Made by a program: the position numbers and the translations under genes. 64,000 nucleotides of DNA from Yuukianura sp. NJ FZ-2021 (taxonomy: Eukaryota): contig CM102288.1 in assembly GCA_046563655.1 (NCBI GenBank), positions 1,550,001-1,614,000 on the forward strand, in the 5' to 3' direction. Positions 37,514-48,900 of the stretch are shown here, one piece after another; within the stretch, counting starts at the first letter, position 1, and each line of letters opens with the position of its first letter. The notes beneath the pieces are model-generated. The model searched no databases, had not been told where the DNA came from, and was given only the letters and a program-made list of their open reading frames with translations.

Positions 37514-38088
37514 GGACAAGTCATCGTGACCTTTGACCTTTGCCGTGTTTCAAGTCAAGCGATTTCCTCATCTTCCTTCTTCAGCTGTTTCCTGTTGTAC
37601 AGGAAGTTTCTTTCCAGAACTTTAGATTTTAAGGTTACTAAAATAAGCCTTATTGATATTTTGATGTAGGCTTCTGAGCTTGCATTTGCAAAAAGTCGTT
37701 TTCGGCCAAGAAACAAAAGTCCAGTATTAACTATTTGCATGAGAATTTTATGGTTGTTAGTAATTAAATTAGTGCTTTAGATTAATTTGGTGTTTAGAAC
37801 GAGGTGGGAGTGGAGGTGCTGCTGATTGAATGCTTAGGCTTTTACGTATAGACTGAAGATTCAAAAAGGAAGTTAAAAAAATAATTTGTACCTTTGTATG
37901 AATTAGGTGTTAGAGGTAAACCTGTGAAATTGTCCATGACTGATGATTGTCCAGCATTTATCGTTGTAAGTTTTTTGCAAAGCCTTGTTTAGTTGGTAGA
38001 ACTCTAACGATTAGTTGGGAAGAAGCTGCAACTTTATCTTACTTGAAAGCTGTCTTTGTTCGGTAAGGATAAGCAAAAGGGAAAAATT

Positions 38089-38609
38089 GAGGTCTACCAC
38101 CATAGCTCCGATTTTGATGGCAATTTTTTTCAAAATAGCCTACACCCCCCTGAGTTGAAATATGAAAAAAAAATTTCCGGAAATGAAATTTTGAAAAAAA
38201 AAAAATTGAATGTTTTTTTTTTGGCTCCGATTTAGCTCAAAATTGTTGTTTACACTAATTCAAGTGTGCCAAACACGAATATGAAATAACTTTTGTTTTA
38301 GGATGACCTAACCTGAGACGTAATCAGTATTGCGAACTTTAACCAAACCTAACACCGCGCCTGCGGCGCGGGAAAACATCCTAGAGCAAAAATTCCTTCA
38401 TATTCGCGTTTAGCATACTTGAATTAGTCGGGAAACCAATTTTGAGCTAAATCGGAGCCGAAAAAAAATTCAAAAATTTTTTTTTTCAAAATTTTGAAAA
38501 ATATTCAAAATCTCATTTTCGGAATTTTTTTTTCACATTTCAACTCAGGGGGGTGTAGGCTATTTTGAAAAAAATTGCCATCAAAATCGGAGCCATGGTG
38601 GTAAACCTC
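38089..38609. mobile_element. ~520-bp palindromic MITE (arms >200 bp), GAG...CTC termini flanked by AATT; possibly Sola-type
   Basis: AATT|GAGGTCTACCACCATAGCTCCGATTTTGATGGCAATTTTTTTCAAAATAGCCTACACCCCCCTGAGTTGAAA is mirrored by TTTCAACTCAGGGGGGTGTAGGCTATTTTGAAAAAAATTGCCATCAAAATCGGAGCCATGGTGGTAAACCTC|AATT. Confidence 0.85.
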
Positions 38610-39084
38610 AATTATACCAGCAAAAGATATGACGATGATGCCAGTGCTCATAATTTATATCTTAAGTTCCAGTGATGCAATTTTCTTATGTAAACTAAAG
38701 TAAGTGAAACGAAAAACGAGTCTTGTCGTGCTGACAATGTGAAATGGAAGCCATGCAATAATAAAATGGATTGAAACCTTGAAATCTTATTTTTTGCAAC
38801 GTTTTTGACAACTTCTTGTGAAATTGGAAAAAGATTTTCCTTAACCTTGTTTAGGAATTCGAATTCGTCCAAAGTTGGTATATTAGGGATGGGGATTTTC
38901 TTCTTTCACGAAGAGTTTTGGATTTTCTTCGTCTCTTGATCTCCGTCTGCTTTTAAACGTAGTAGTGATATTTTTCCCGTCGAAAACGGAGGGGGAGAAT
39001 CCTTGACTTTGCGGAAAAATACGACTTGCTGCACCATAGGCCAGCTGTCGCAAAAGCTTTCAACGCACGACACGTCTTTGGATG

Positions 39085-39960
39085 GTCGCCGCCGCCATTT
39101 TGAATGTCACCACCTATGGGATATCTATATAGTAGGTTATTAGCAGGTTATTGGCGAACCCCGCCTCTACTACCGATAAATAACTACATAGTCAACCGTC
39201 GCCGCCGCCATTTTGAATGTCGCCTCATTTGTAAGTTATTGCAGGTTATTGCTGAAAATTGCCAAACAACTGGAATTTTTGACGAAAACCAACAACAGGC
39301 GACAGTCACCGCCGCCATTTTGAATGTCGCCTCATTTGTAAGTGTAGATCTCCAGCAGGTTATTGCTGAAAATTGCCAAACAACTGGAATTTTTGACGAA
39401 AACCAACAACAGGCGACAGTCACCGCCGCCATTTTGAATGTCGCCAGCGCCATCTTGAATTTTTTTAGCATTGCACATTTCGCTATATGTGCATCAATTT
39501 TCACGGCATGTTAAGAAATCTGCGCAAATACTTGCATTTAAAAGGTATCGCCAAATTTGAAGATGGCACCGGCGACATATACTCGTCGTAATTTGTCGTC
39601 GGAACAAGTCTTGCAAGCGTTTAAGATAGTTATGTAGGGTATTTCAAATAATTCTCGAAAGAAGGGTCAAAATGGCGTTTTTGGCGAGATCCAAGATGGC
39701 GGCGGCGAAAATCGGTTGACAATAATTGTCGCTGTATAGCCATGCCATCATTTGGTCTACTCCTGATAAAAAATTAATCTAAAACTGCCATCACAGTTTG
39801 CACGAAATTTCAAGATGGTGACGGCGACCATCGGTTGTCATAATTTTACAACAAAGCCGAAGTATTACGCTGTTTATGCAAGTTGAAGGGAACTCGATGC
39901 AATCTTAGGAAAACGCGTCGGAAAACATGAATGTTATAATTTTCAAGATGGCGGCGTTCA
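39085..39960. repeat. Degenerate ~110-130-bp repeats carrying GCCGCCATTTTG / CAAGATGGCGGC motifs in two oppositely oriented arms
   Basis: Near-exact direct repeat at 114-bp period (39241-39331 vs 39355-39445). Motifs at 39091, 39204, 39311, 39425, 39447 (one orientation) and about 39560, 39668, 39692, 39811, 39944 (opposite orientation). Confidence 0.8.
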
Positions 39961-41578
39961 CATTAATGTGACCGGGGGCGACATTAATGTGACCGGCGAT
40001 GACACTTTGCCATGGGCCGACGTCTACATGTCGTATTTTTGGGCGGGGATACAGGCGATACTCATGTAAAAAGTTGACGAAGATCGAACGGAGAGTTGAA
40101 CTTTTTACGTGGGAATCTTCGTAACGAAGACGGAGACAGAGTGAAAGTTTGATACGAATCAAACAGGTTCCGCTTTCTCAAAAAAATTTATTTTTTTTTC
40201 ATTAAAAACTCCCCAAAAAGTCATTACGGGCTATCTGAGGAGACAAGATTGCAAACCGAAATTATGCTTGTGAAAGCTCATCTGACGTGTTCCAATCTCA
40301 ATTTTTCCCAGAAAAATCCATTTTTTTCATTAAAAACTCCCAATAAAGTCATTCTGGGCTATCTGACAAGTCAAAATTGCAAACCGAAATTATGCTTCTG
40401 AAAGCCCATCTGACGTGTTCCAATCTCAATTTTTCTACGAAAAATTCATTTTTTTCATTTAAAACTCACAAAAATGTCATTCAAGGCTATCTGAGGAGTC
40501 AAAATTGCAATCCGAAATTTTGCATCGGAAAGCCCATCTGAAGTGAACCAAGCTCAATTTTTGTCAAAAAATTAATTTTTTTCATTCAAAACTCCCCAAA
40601 AAGTCATTCTGAGCTATCTGAGAACTGAAAATTGCACTCCGATATTTTGCCTCGGAAAGCCCATCTGAAGTGAACCAAGCTCAATTTTTGTCAAAAAATT
40701 AATTTTTTTCATTCAAAACTCCCCAAAAAGTCATTCTGAGCTATCTGAGAACTGAAAATTGCACTCCGATATTTTGCCTCGGAAAGCCCATCTGAAGTGA
40801 ACCAAGCTCAATTTTTGTCAAAAAATTAATTTTTTTCATTCAAAACTCCCCAAAAAGTCATTCTGAGCTATCTGAGAACTGAAAATTGCACTCCGATATT
40901 TTGCCTCGGAAAGCCCATCTGAAGTGAACCAAGCTCAATTTTTGTCAAAAAATTAATTTTTTTCATTCAAAACTCCCCAAAAAGTCATTCTGAGCTATCT
41001 GAGAACTGAAAATTGCACTCCGATATTTTGCCTCGGAAAGCCCATCTGAAGTGAACCAAGCTCAATTTTTGTCAAAAAATTAATTTTTTTCATTCAAGAC
41101 TCCCCAAAAAGTCATTCTGAGCTATCTGAGAACTGAAAATTGCACTCCGATATTTTGCCTCGGAAAGCCCATCTGAAGTGAACCAAGCTCAATTTTTGTC
41201 AAAAAATTCCATTTTTTTCATTCAAAACTCCCCAAAAAGTCATTCTGAGCTATCTGAGAACTGAAAATTGCACTCCGTAATTTTGCCTCGGAAAGCCCAT
41301 CTGAAGTGAACCAAGCTCAATTTTTGTCAAAAAATTCCATTTTTTTCATTCAAAACTCCCCAAAAAGTCATTCTGAGCTATCTGAGAACTGAAAATTGCA
41401 CTCCGATATTTTGCCTCGGAAAGCCCATCTGAAGTGAACCAAGCTCAATTTTTGTCAAAAAATTCCATTTTTTTCATTCAAAACTCCCCAAAATGTCATT
41501 CTGAGCTTTCTGAGAACTGAAAATTGCACTCAGATATTTTGCCTCGGAAAGCCCATCTGAAGTGAACCAAGCTCAATT

Positions 41579-42967
41579 GTGCCGTTGAGACGAAGAAACG
41601 GCTATATCGTTTCTAAGGCGAATTATTTCGCTAAATCATGTTGTTTACGAGTAGAAACGGGGTTTTCAAAGTATCAAGGGGGAATTTTGTTTCAAATGCG
41701 TTGGTTCAAATTTTCGTCTTTCGTTTTCGAATCATAGATTTAAAAAAAGTGAAAGTGCTCACGGAGCCCGACATTAACCGGACTTCTAACTTCTTAGCTA
41801 ACTTCCAACGCAAACGGAAGTTTAACCCATTGGAACACAAGGACGAATTAGCAAACCGAAATCGGGCTAACGGAAATCCTTATAGTTCCAGAAGCGGTAT
41901 TTTCCACCCGGGAATTCTTCCGCCACAGAATGCTAAAATCTGTGGTCCATGCCTTCTCCCACTGGCGACAAAACATGAACTTTATAAACAGTATTGCATC
42001 TCATTGGACTCAAGTGACAAAAAATACACGCATTTCTCGCAAGATGCATTGAGGTGACCACCCCAAAAGAAACGAAAGTACCGCAAAATCCGCCAAAAAA
42101 GAACATATGTATAACTATGGCGTGTTTCAAGATGTCATTAAACTTGCAATGTGTAAGATTGGTTTCATGCTGTTGACTGCACTGACTTTGCTAGTTCGCT
42201 CTAACTATTTTACCAAAGTCAATCAGAAACTTTTCGTAACGGGTCACTCCTACAACCATTGTGACAGCAACTTTGGTCTCATGGAAAAAGTGCTTCGAAG
42301 GTCAACAGTGTTGGTTCCTTCCAACATCAAGTTGGTGGTGGAGAATTCCCGAAATGAAAATCCCTTTGAATATGTGGAAATGCGTCAAACGATGTTCAAG
42401 GACTTTATGTATCAAAGCTGTTTGTATCGACGCCCAAGAACGCTATAGGTCACAAAATCCCTTTGGTTTCACTACGATGTCGACAACCTGGATAAAATTT
42501 TTTCAAGAAGTTCTCACGGAATGGTAATTTAAAAAACTTGCATTAGTACCTTTTAAATTTAACATTTTTTAATTTATTTAGGGACTATGGGAGCGCAATA
42601 CAATCACTTTTGTGGGTAGAGGGAGACTCCGAAATTTCAATGCAAACCGGCTCCGTGAAGCCTACAATAACACTTTGCCGTTAGCCCAAGCGAAACTAGA
42701 CGATATTTCTAAGTTATTACAGTATTTAAGTCCCCAGCATGCTTCCTATTATCGGAATCTTTTATAGTGTCAAATCTCTCTTAAGTTTGTTCGAAATAAA
42801 GAAGTTCAAGTGTATTTACTTTGGATTTCTATTCCGTTTTCCCAAAATCAGACAGACAGACAGACAAACAATATATTCCCATATCGTGTATTTTTGTTTT
42901 GTCTGAAAATATTAAACAATAATTTTTCTTTGGCAACGATATAGATGCTTCTTCGTCTCAACGGCAT
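41579..42967 (+). mobile_element. Sola1-type DNA transposon, internally deleted (1389 bp), inserted into a satellite monomer
   Basis: TIRs: GTGCCGTTGAGACGAAGAAACGGCTATATCGTT, and right end reverse-complemented ATGCCGTTGAGACGAAGAAGCATCTATATCGTT. The satellite AATT is duplicated (41575-41578, 42968-42971); AWWT TSDs are characteristic of Sola1. Transposase remnant inside. Confidence 0.87.
42107..42767 (+). pseudogene. C-terminal Sola1-like transposase fragment with a premature TAG (42446-42448) and a 58-nt intron (42524-42581)
   Basis: QKLFVTGHSYNHCDSNFGLMEK matches the GHSxxxCDxxFGxIEK motif. After the stop and the phase-0 intron it continues to ...AYNNTLPLAQAKLDDISKLLQYLSPQHASYYRNLL*. Confidence 0.78.
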
Positions 42968-45900
42968 AATTTTTGTCATAAAATTAATTTTTTTCATTCA
43001 AGACTCCCCAAAAAGTCATTCTGAGCTATCTGAGAACTGAAAATTGCACTCCGATATTTTGCCTCGGAAAGCCCATCTGAAGTGAACCAAGCTCAATTTT
43101 TGTCAAAAAAATCCATTTTTTTCATTCAAGACTCCCCAAAAAGTCATTCTGAGCATTCTGAGAACTGAAAATTGCACTCCGATATTTTGCCTCGGAAAAC
43201 CCATCTGAAGTGAACCAAGCTCAATTTTTGTCAAAAAAATAATTTTTTTCATTCAAAACTCCCCAAAAAGACATTCTGAGCTATCTGAGAACTGAAAATT
43301 GCACTCCGATATTTTGCCTCGGAAAGCCCATCTGAAGTGAACCAAGCTCAATTTTTGTCAAAAAATTAATTTTTTTCATTCAAGACTCCCCAAAAAGTCA
43401 TTCTGAGCTTTCTGAGAACTGAAAATTGCACTCCGATATTTTGCCTCGGAAAGCCCATCTGAAGTGAACCAAGCTCAATTTTTGTCAAAAAATTCATTTT
43501 TTTCATTCAAAACTCCCCAAAAAGACATTCTGAGCTATCTGAGAACTGAAAATTGCAATCCGTAATTTTGCCTCGGAAAGCCCATCTGAAGTGAACCAAG
43601 CTCAATTTTTGTCAAAAAATTAATTTTTTTCATTGAAAACTCCCCAAAAAGTCATTCTGAGCTATCTGAGAACTGAAAATTGCACTCCGATATTTTGCCT
43701 CGGAAAGCCCATCTGAAGTGAACCAAGCTCAATTTTTGTCAAAAAATTAATTTTTTTCATTCAAAACTCCCCAAAAAGTCATTCTGAGCTATCTGAGAAC
43801 TGAAAATTGCACTCCGATATTTTGCCTCGGAAAGCCCATCTGAAGTGAACCAAGCTCAATTTTTGTCAAAAAATTAATTTTTTTCATTCAAAACTCCCCA
43901 AAAAGTCATTCTGAGCTATCTGAGAACTGAAAATTGCACTCCGATATTTTGCCTCGGAAAGCCCATCTGAAGTGAACCAAGCTCAATTTTTGTCAAAAAA
44001 TTAATTTTTTCATTCAAAACTCCCCAAAAAGTCATTCTGAGCTATCTGAGAACTGAAAATTGCACTCCGATATTTTGCCTCGGAAAGCCCATCTGAAGTG
44101 AACCAAGCTCAATTTTTGTCAAAAAATTCCATTTTTTTCATTCAAAACTCCCCAAAAAGTCATTCTGAGCTTTCTGAGAACTGAAAATTGCACTCCGATA
44201 TTTTGCCTCGGAAAGCCCATCTGAAGTGAACCAAGCTCAATTTTTGTCAAAAAATTAATTTTTTTCATTCAAGACTCCCCAAAAAGTCATTCTGAGCTTT
44301 CTGAGAACTGAAAATTGCACTCCGATATTTTGCCTCGGAAAGCCCATCTGAAGTGAACCAAGCTCAATTTTTGTCAAAAAATTAATTTTTTCATTCAAGA
44401 CTCCCCAAAAAGTCATTCTGAGCTTTCTGAGAACTGAAAATTGCACTCCGATATTTTGCCTCGGAAAGCCCATCTGAAGTGAACCAAGCTCAATTTTTGT
44501 CAAAAAATTCCATTTTTTTCATTCAAAACTCCCCAAAAAGTCATTCTGAGCTTTCTGAGAACTGAAAATTGCACTCCGATATTTTGCCTCGGAAAGCCCA
44601 TCTGAAGTGAACCAAGCTCAATTTTTGTCAAAAAATTCATTTTTTTCATTCAAAACTCCCCAAAAAGTCATTCTGAGCTTTCTGAGAACTGAAAATTGCA
44701 CTCCGATATTTTGCCTCGGAAAGCCCATCTGAAGTGAACCAAGCTCAATTTTTGTCAAAAAATTAATTTTTTTCATTCAAGACTCCCCAAAAAGTCATTC
44801 TGAGCATTCTGAGAACTGAAAATTGCACTCCGATATTTTGCCTCGGAAAGCCCATCTGAAGTGAACCAAGCTCAATTTTTGTCAAAAAATTAATTTTTTT
44901 CATTCAAAACTCCCCAAAAAGTCATTCTGAGCATTCTGAGAACTGAAAATTGCACTCCGATATTTTGCCTCGGAAAGCCCATCTGAAGTGAACCAAGCTC
45001 AATTTTTGTCAAAAAATTAATTTTTTTCATTCAAGACTCCCCAAAAAGTCATTCTGAGCATTCTGAGAACTGAAAATTGCACTCCGATATTTTGCCTCGG
45101 AAAGCCCATCTGAAGTGAACCAAGCTCAATTTTTGTCAAAAAATTCATTTTTTTCATTCAAAACTCCCCAAAAAGACATTCTGAGCTATCTGAGAACTGA
45201 AAATTGCACTCCGATATTTTGCCTCGGAAAGCCCATCTGAAGTGAACCAAGCTCAATTTTTGTCAAAAAATTAATTTTTTTCATTCAAGACTCCCCAAAA
45301 AGTCATTCTGAGCTATCTGAGAACTGAAAATTGCACTCCGATATTTTGCCTCGGAAAGCCCATCTGAAGTGAACCAAGCTCAATTTTTGTCAAAAAATTA
45401 ATTTTTTTCATTCAAGACTCCCCAAAAAGTCATTCTGAGCTTTCTGAGAACTGAAAATTGCACTCCGATATTTTGCCTCGGAAAGCCCATCTGAAGTGAA
45501 CCAAGCTCAATTTTTGTCAAAAAATTAATTTTTTTCATTCAAGACTCCCCAAAAAGTCATTCTGAGCTTTCTGAGAACTGAAAATTGCACTCCGATATTT
45601 TGCCTCGGAAAGCCCATCTGAAGTGAACCAAGCTCAATTTTTGTCAAAAAATTAATTTTTTTCATTCAAGACTCCCCAAAAAGTCATTCTGAGCTTTCTG
45701 AGAACTGAAAATTGCACTCCGATATTTTGCCTCGGAAAGCCCATCTGAAGTGAACCAAGCTCAATTTTTGTCAAAAAATTAATTTTTTTCATTCAAGACT
45801 CCCCAAAAAGTCATTCTGAGCTTTCTGAGAACTGAAAATTGCACTCCGATATTTTGCCTCGGAAAGCCCATCTGAAGTGAACCAAGCTCAATTTTTGTCA

Positions 45901-48900
45901 AAAAATTCCATTTTTTTCATTTAAAACTCCCCAAAAAGTCATTCTGAGCTTTCTGAGAACTGAAAATTGCACTCCGATATTTTGCCTCGGAAAGCCCATC
46001 TGAAGTGAACCAAGCTCAATTTTTGTCAAAAAATTAATTTTTTTCATTCAAGACTCCCCAAAAAGTCATTCTGAGCTTTCTGAGAACTGAAAATTGCACT
46101 CCGATATTTTGCCTCGGAAAGCCCATCTGAAGTGAACCAAGCTCAATTTTTGTCAAAAAATTAATTTTTTTCATTCAAAACTCCCCAAAAAGTCATTCTG
46201 AGCTTTCTGAGAACTGAAAATTGCACTCCGATATTTTGCCTCGGAAAGCCCATCTGAAGTGAACCAAGCTCAATTTTTGTCAAAAAATTAATTTTTTTCA
46301 TTCAAGACTCCCCAAAAAGTCATTCTGAGCTTTCTGAGAACTGAAAATTGCACTCCGATATTTTGCCTCGGAAAGCCCATCTGAAGTGAACCAAGCTCAA
46401 TTTTTGTCAAAAAATTCCATTTTTTTCATTCAAAACTCCCCAAAAAGTCATTCTGAGCTTTCTGAGAACTGAAAATTGCACTCCGATATTTTGCCTCGGA
46501 AAGCCCATCTGAAGTGAACCAAGCTCAATTTTTGTCAAAAAATTAATTTTTTTCATTCAAGACTCCCCAAAAAGTCATTCTGAGCTTTCTGAGAACTGAA
46601 AATTGCACTCCGATATTTTGCCTCGGAAAGCCCATCTGAAGTGAACCAAGCTCAATTTTTGTCAAAAAATTAATTTTTTTCATTCAAGACTCCCCAAAAA
46701 GTCATTCTGAGCTTTCTGAGAACTGAAAATTGCACTCCGATATTTTGCCTCGGAAAGCCCATCTGAAGTGAACCAAGCTCAATTTTTGTCAAAAAATTAA
46801 TTTTTTTCATTCAAGACTCCCCAAAAAGTCATTCTGAGCTTTCTGAGAACTGAAAATTGCACTCCGATATTTTGCCTCGGAAAGCCCATCTGAAGTGAAC
46901 CAAGCTCAATTTTTGTCAAAAAATTCCATTTTTTTCATTCAAAACTCCCCAAAAAGTCATTCTGAGCTTTCTGAGAACTGAAAATTGCACTCAGATATTT
47001 TGCCTCGGAAAGCCCATCTGAAGTGAACCAAGCTCAATTTTTGTCAAAAAATTAATTTTTTTCATTCAAGACTCCCCAAAAAGTCATTCTGAGCTTTCTG
47101 AGAACTGAAAATTGCACTCCGATATTTTGCCTCGGAAAGCCCATCTGAAGTGAACCAAGCTCAATTTTTGTCAAAAAATTAATTTTTTTCATTCAAAACT
47201 CCCCAAAAAGTCATTCTGAGCTTTCTGAGAACTGAAAATTGCACTCCGATATTTTGCCTCGGAAAGCCCATCTGAAGTGAACCAAGCTCAATTTTTGTCA
47301 AAAAATTAATTTTTTTCATTCAGAACTCCCCAAAAAGTCATTCTGAGCTTTCTGAGAACTGAAAATTGCACTCCGATATTTTGCCTCGGAAAGCCCATCT
47401 GAAGTGAACCAAGCTCAATTTTTGTCAAAAAATTAATTTTTTTCATTCAAGACTCCCCAAAAAGTCATTCTGAGCTTTCTGAGAACTGAAAATTGCACTC
47501 CGATATTTTGCCTCGGAAAGCCCATCTGAAGTGAACCAAGCTCAATTTTTGTCAAAAAATTAATTTTTTTCATTCAAGACTCCCCAAAAAGTCATTCTGA
47601 GCTTTCTGAGAACTGAAAATTGCACTCCGATATTTTGCCTCGGAAAGCCCATCTGAAGTGAACCAAGCTCAATTTTTGTCAAAAAATTAATTTTTTTCAT
47701 TCAAGACTCCCCAAAAAGTCATTCTGAGCTTTCTGAGAACTGAAAATTGCACTCCGATATTTTGCCTCGGAAAGCCCATCTGAAGTGAACCAAGCTCAAT
47801 TTTTGTCAAAAAATTCCATTTTTTTCATTGAAAACTCCCCAAAAAGTCATTCTGAGCTATCCGAGAACTGAAAATTGCACTCCGATATTTTGCCTCGGAA
47901 AGCCCATCTGAAGTGAACCAAGCTCAATTTTTGTCAAAAAATTAATTTTTTTCATTCAAGACTCCCCAAAAAGTCATTCTGAGCTTTCTGAGAACTGAAA
48001 ATTGCACTCCGATATTTTGCCTCGGAAAGCCCATCTGAAGTGAACCAAGCTCAATTTTTGTCAAAAAATTCCATTTTTTTCATTGAAATCTCCCCAAAAA
48101 GTCATTCTGAGCTTTCTGAGAACTGAAAATTGCACTCCGATATTTTGCCTCGGAAAGCCCATCTGAAGTGAACCAAGCTCAATTTTTTCAAAAAATTCCA
48201 TTTTTTTCATTGAAATCTCCCCAAAAAGTCATTCTGAGCATTCTGAGAACTGAAAATTGCAATCCGATATTTTGCATCGGAAAGCCCATCTGAAGTGAAC
48301 CAAGCTCAATTTTTGTCAAAAAATTAATTTTTTTCATTCAAGACTCCCCAAAAAGTCATTCTGAGCTTTCTGAGAACTGAAAATTGCACTCCGATATTTT
48401 GCCTCGGAAAGCCCATCTGAAGTGAACCAAGCTCAATTTTTGTCAAAAAATTAATTTTTTTCATTCAAAACTCCCCAAAAAGTCATTCTGAGCTTTCTGA
48501 GAACTGAAAATTGCACTCCGATATTTTGCCTCGGAAAGCCCATCTGAAGTGAACCAAGCTCAATTTTTGTCAAAAAATTAATTTTTTTCATTCAAGACTC
48601 CCCAAAAAGTCATTCTGAGCTTTCTGAGAACTGAAAATTGCACTCCGATATTTTGCCTCGGAAAGCCCATCTGAAGTGAACCAAGCTCAATTTTTGTCAA
48701 AAAATTAATTTTTTTCATTCAAAACTCCCCAAAAAGTCATTCTGAGCTTTCTGAGAACTGAAAATTGCACTCCGATATTTTGCCTCGGAAAGCCCATCTG
48801 AAGTGAACCAAGCTCAATTTTTGTCAAAAAATTAATTTTTTTCATTCAAGACTCCCCAAAAAGTCATTCTGAGCTTTCTGAGAACTGAAAATTGCACTCC

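Noticed and set aside
38648..39037. Interrupted minus-strand reading frame (MVQQVVFFRK...*...DEFEFLNKVKENLFP)
   Set aside because: Contains a stop and no motif I recognise; cannot support a gene or TE call.
39104..39514. 136-aa ORF with an internal duplication
   Set aside because: Produced by the 114-bp direct repeat (a multiple of 3); no coding evidence.
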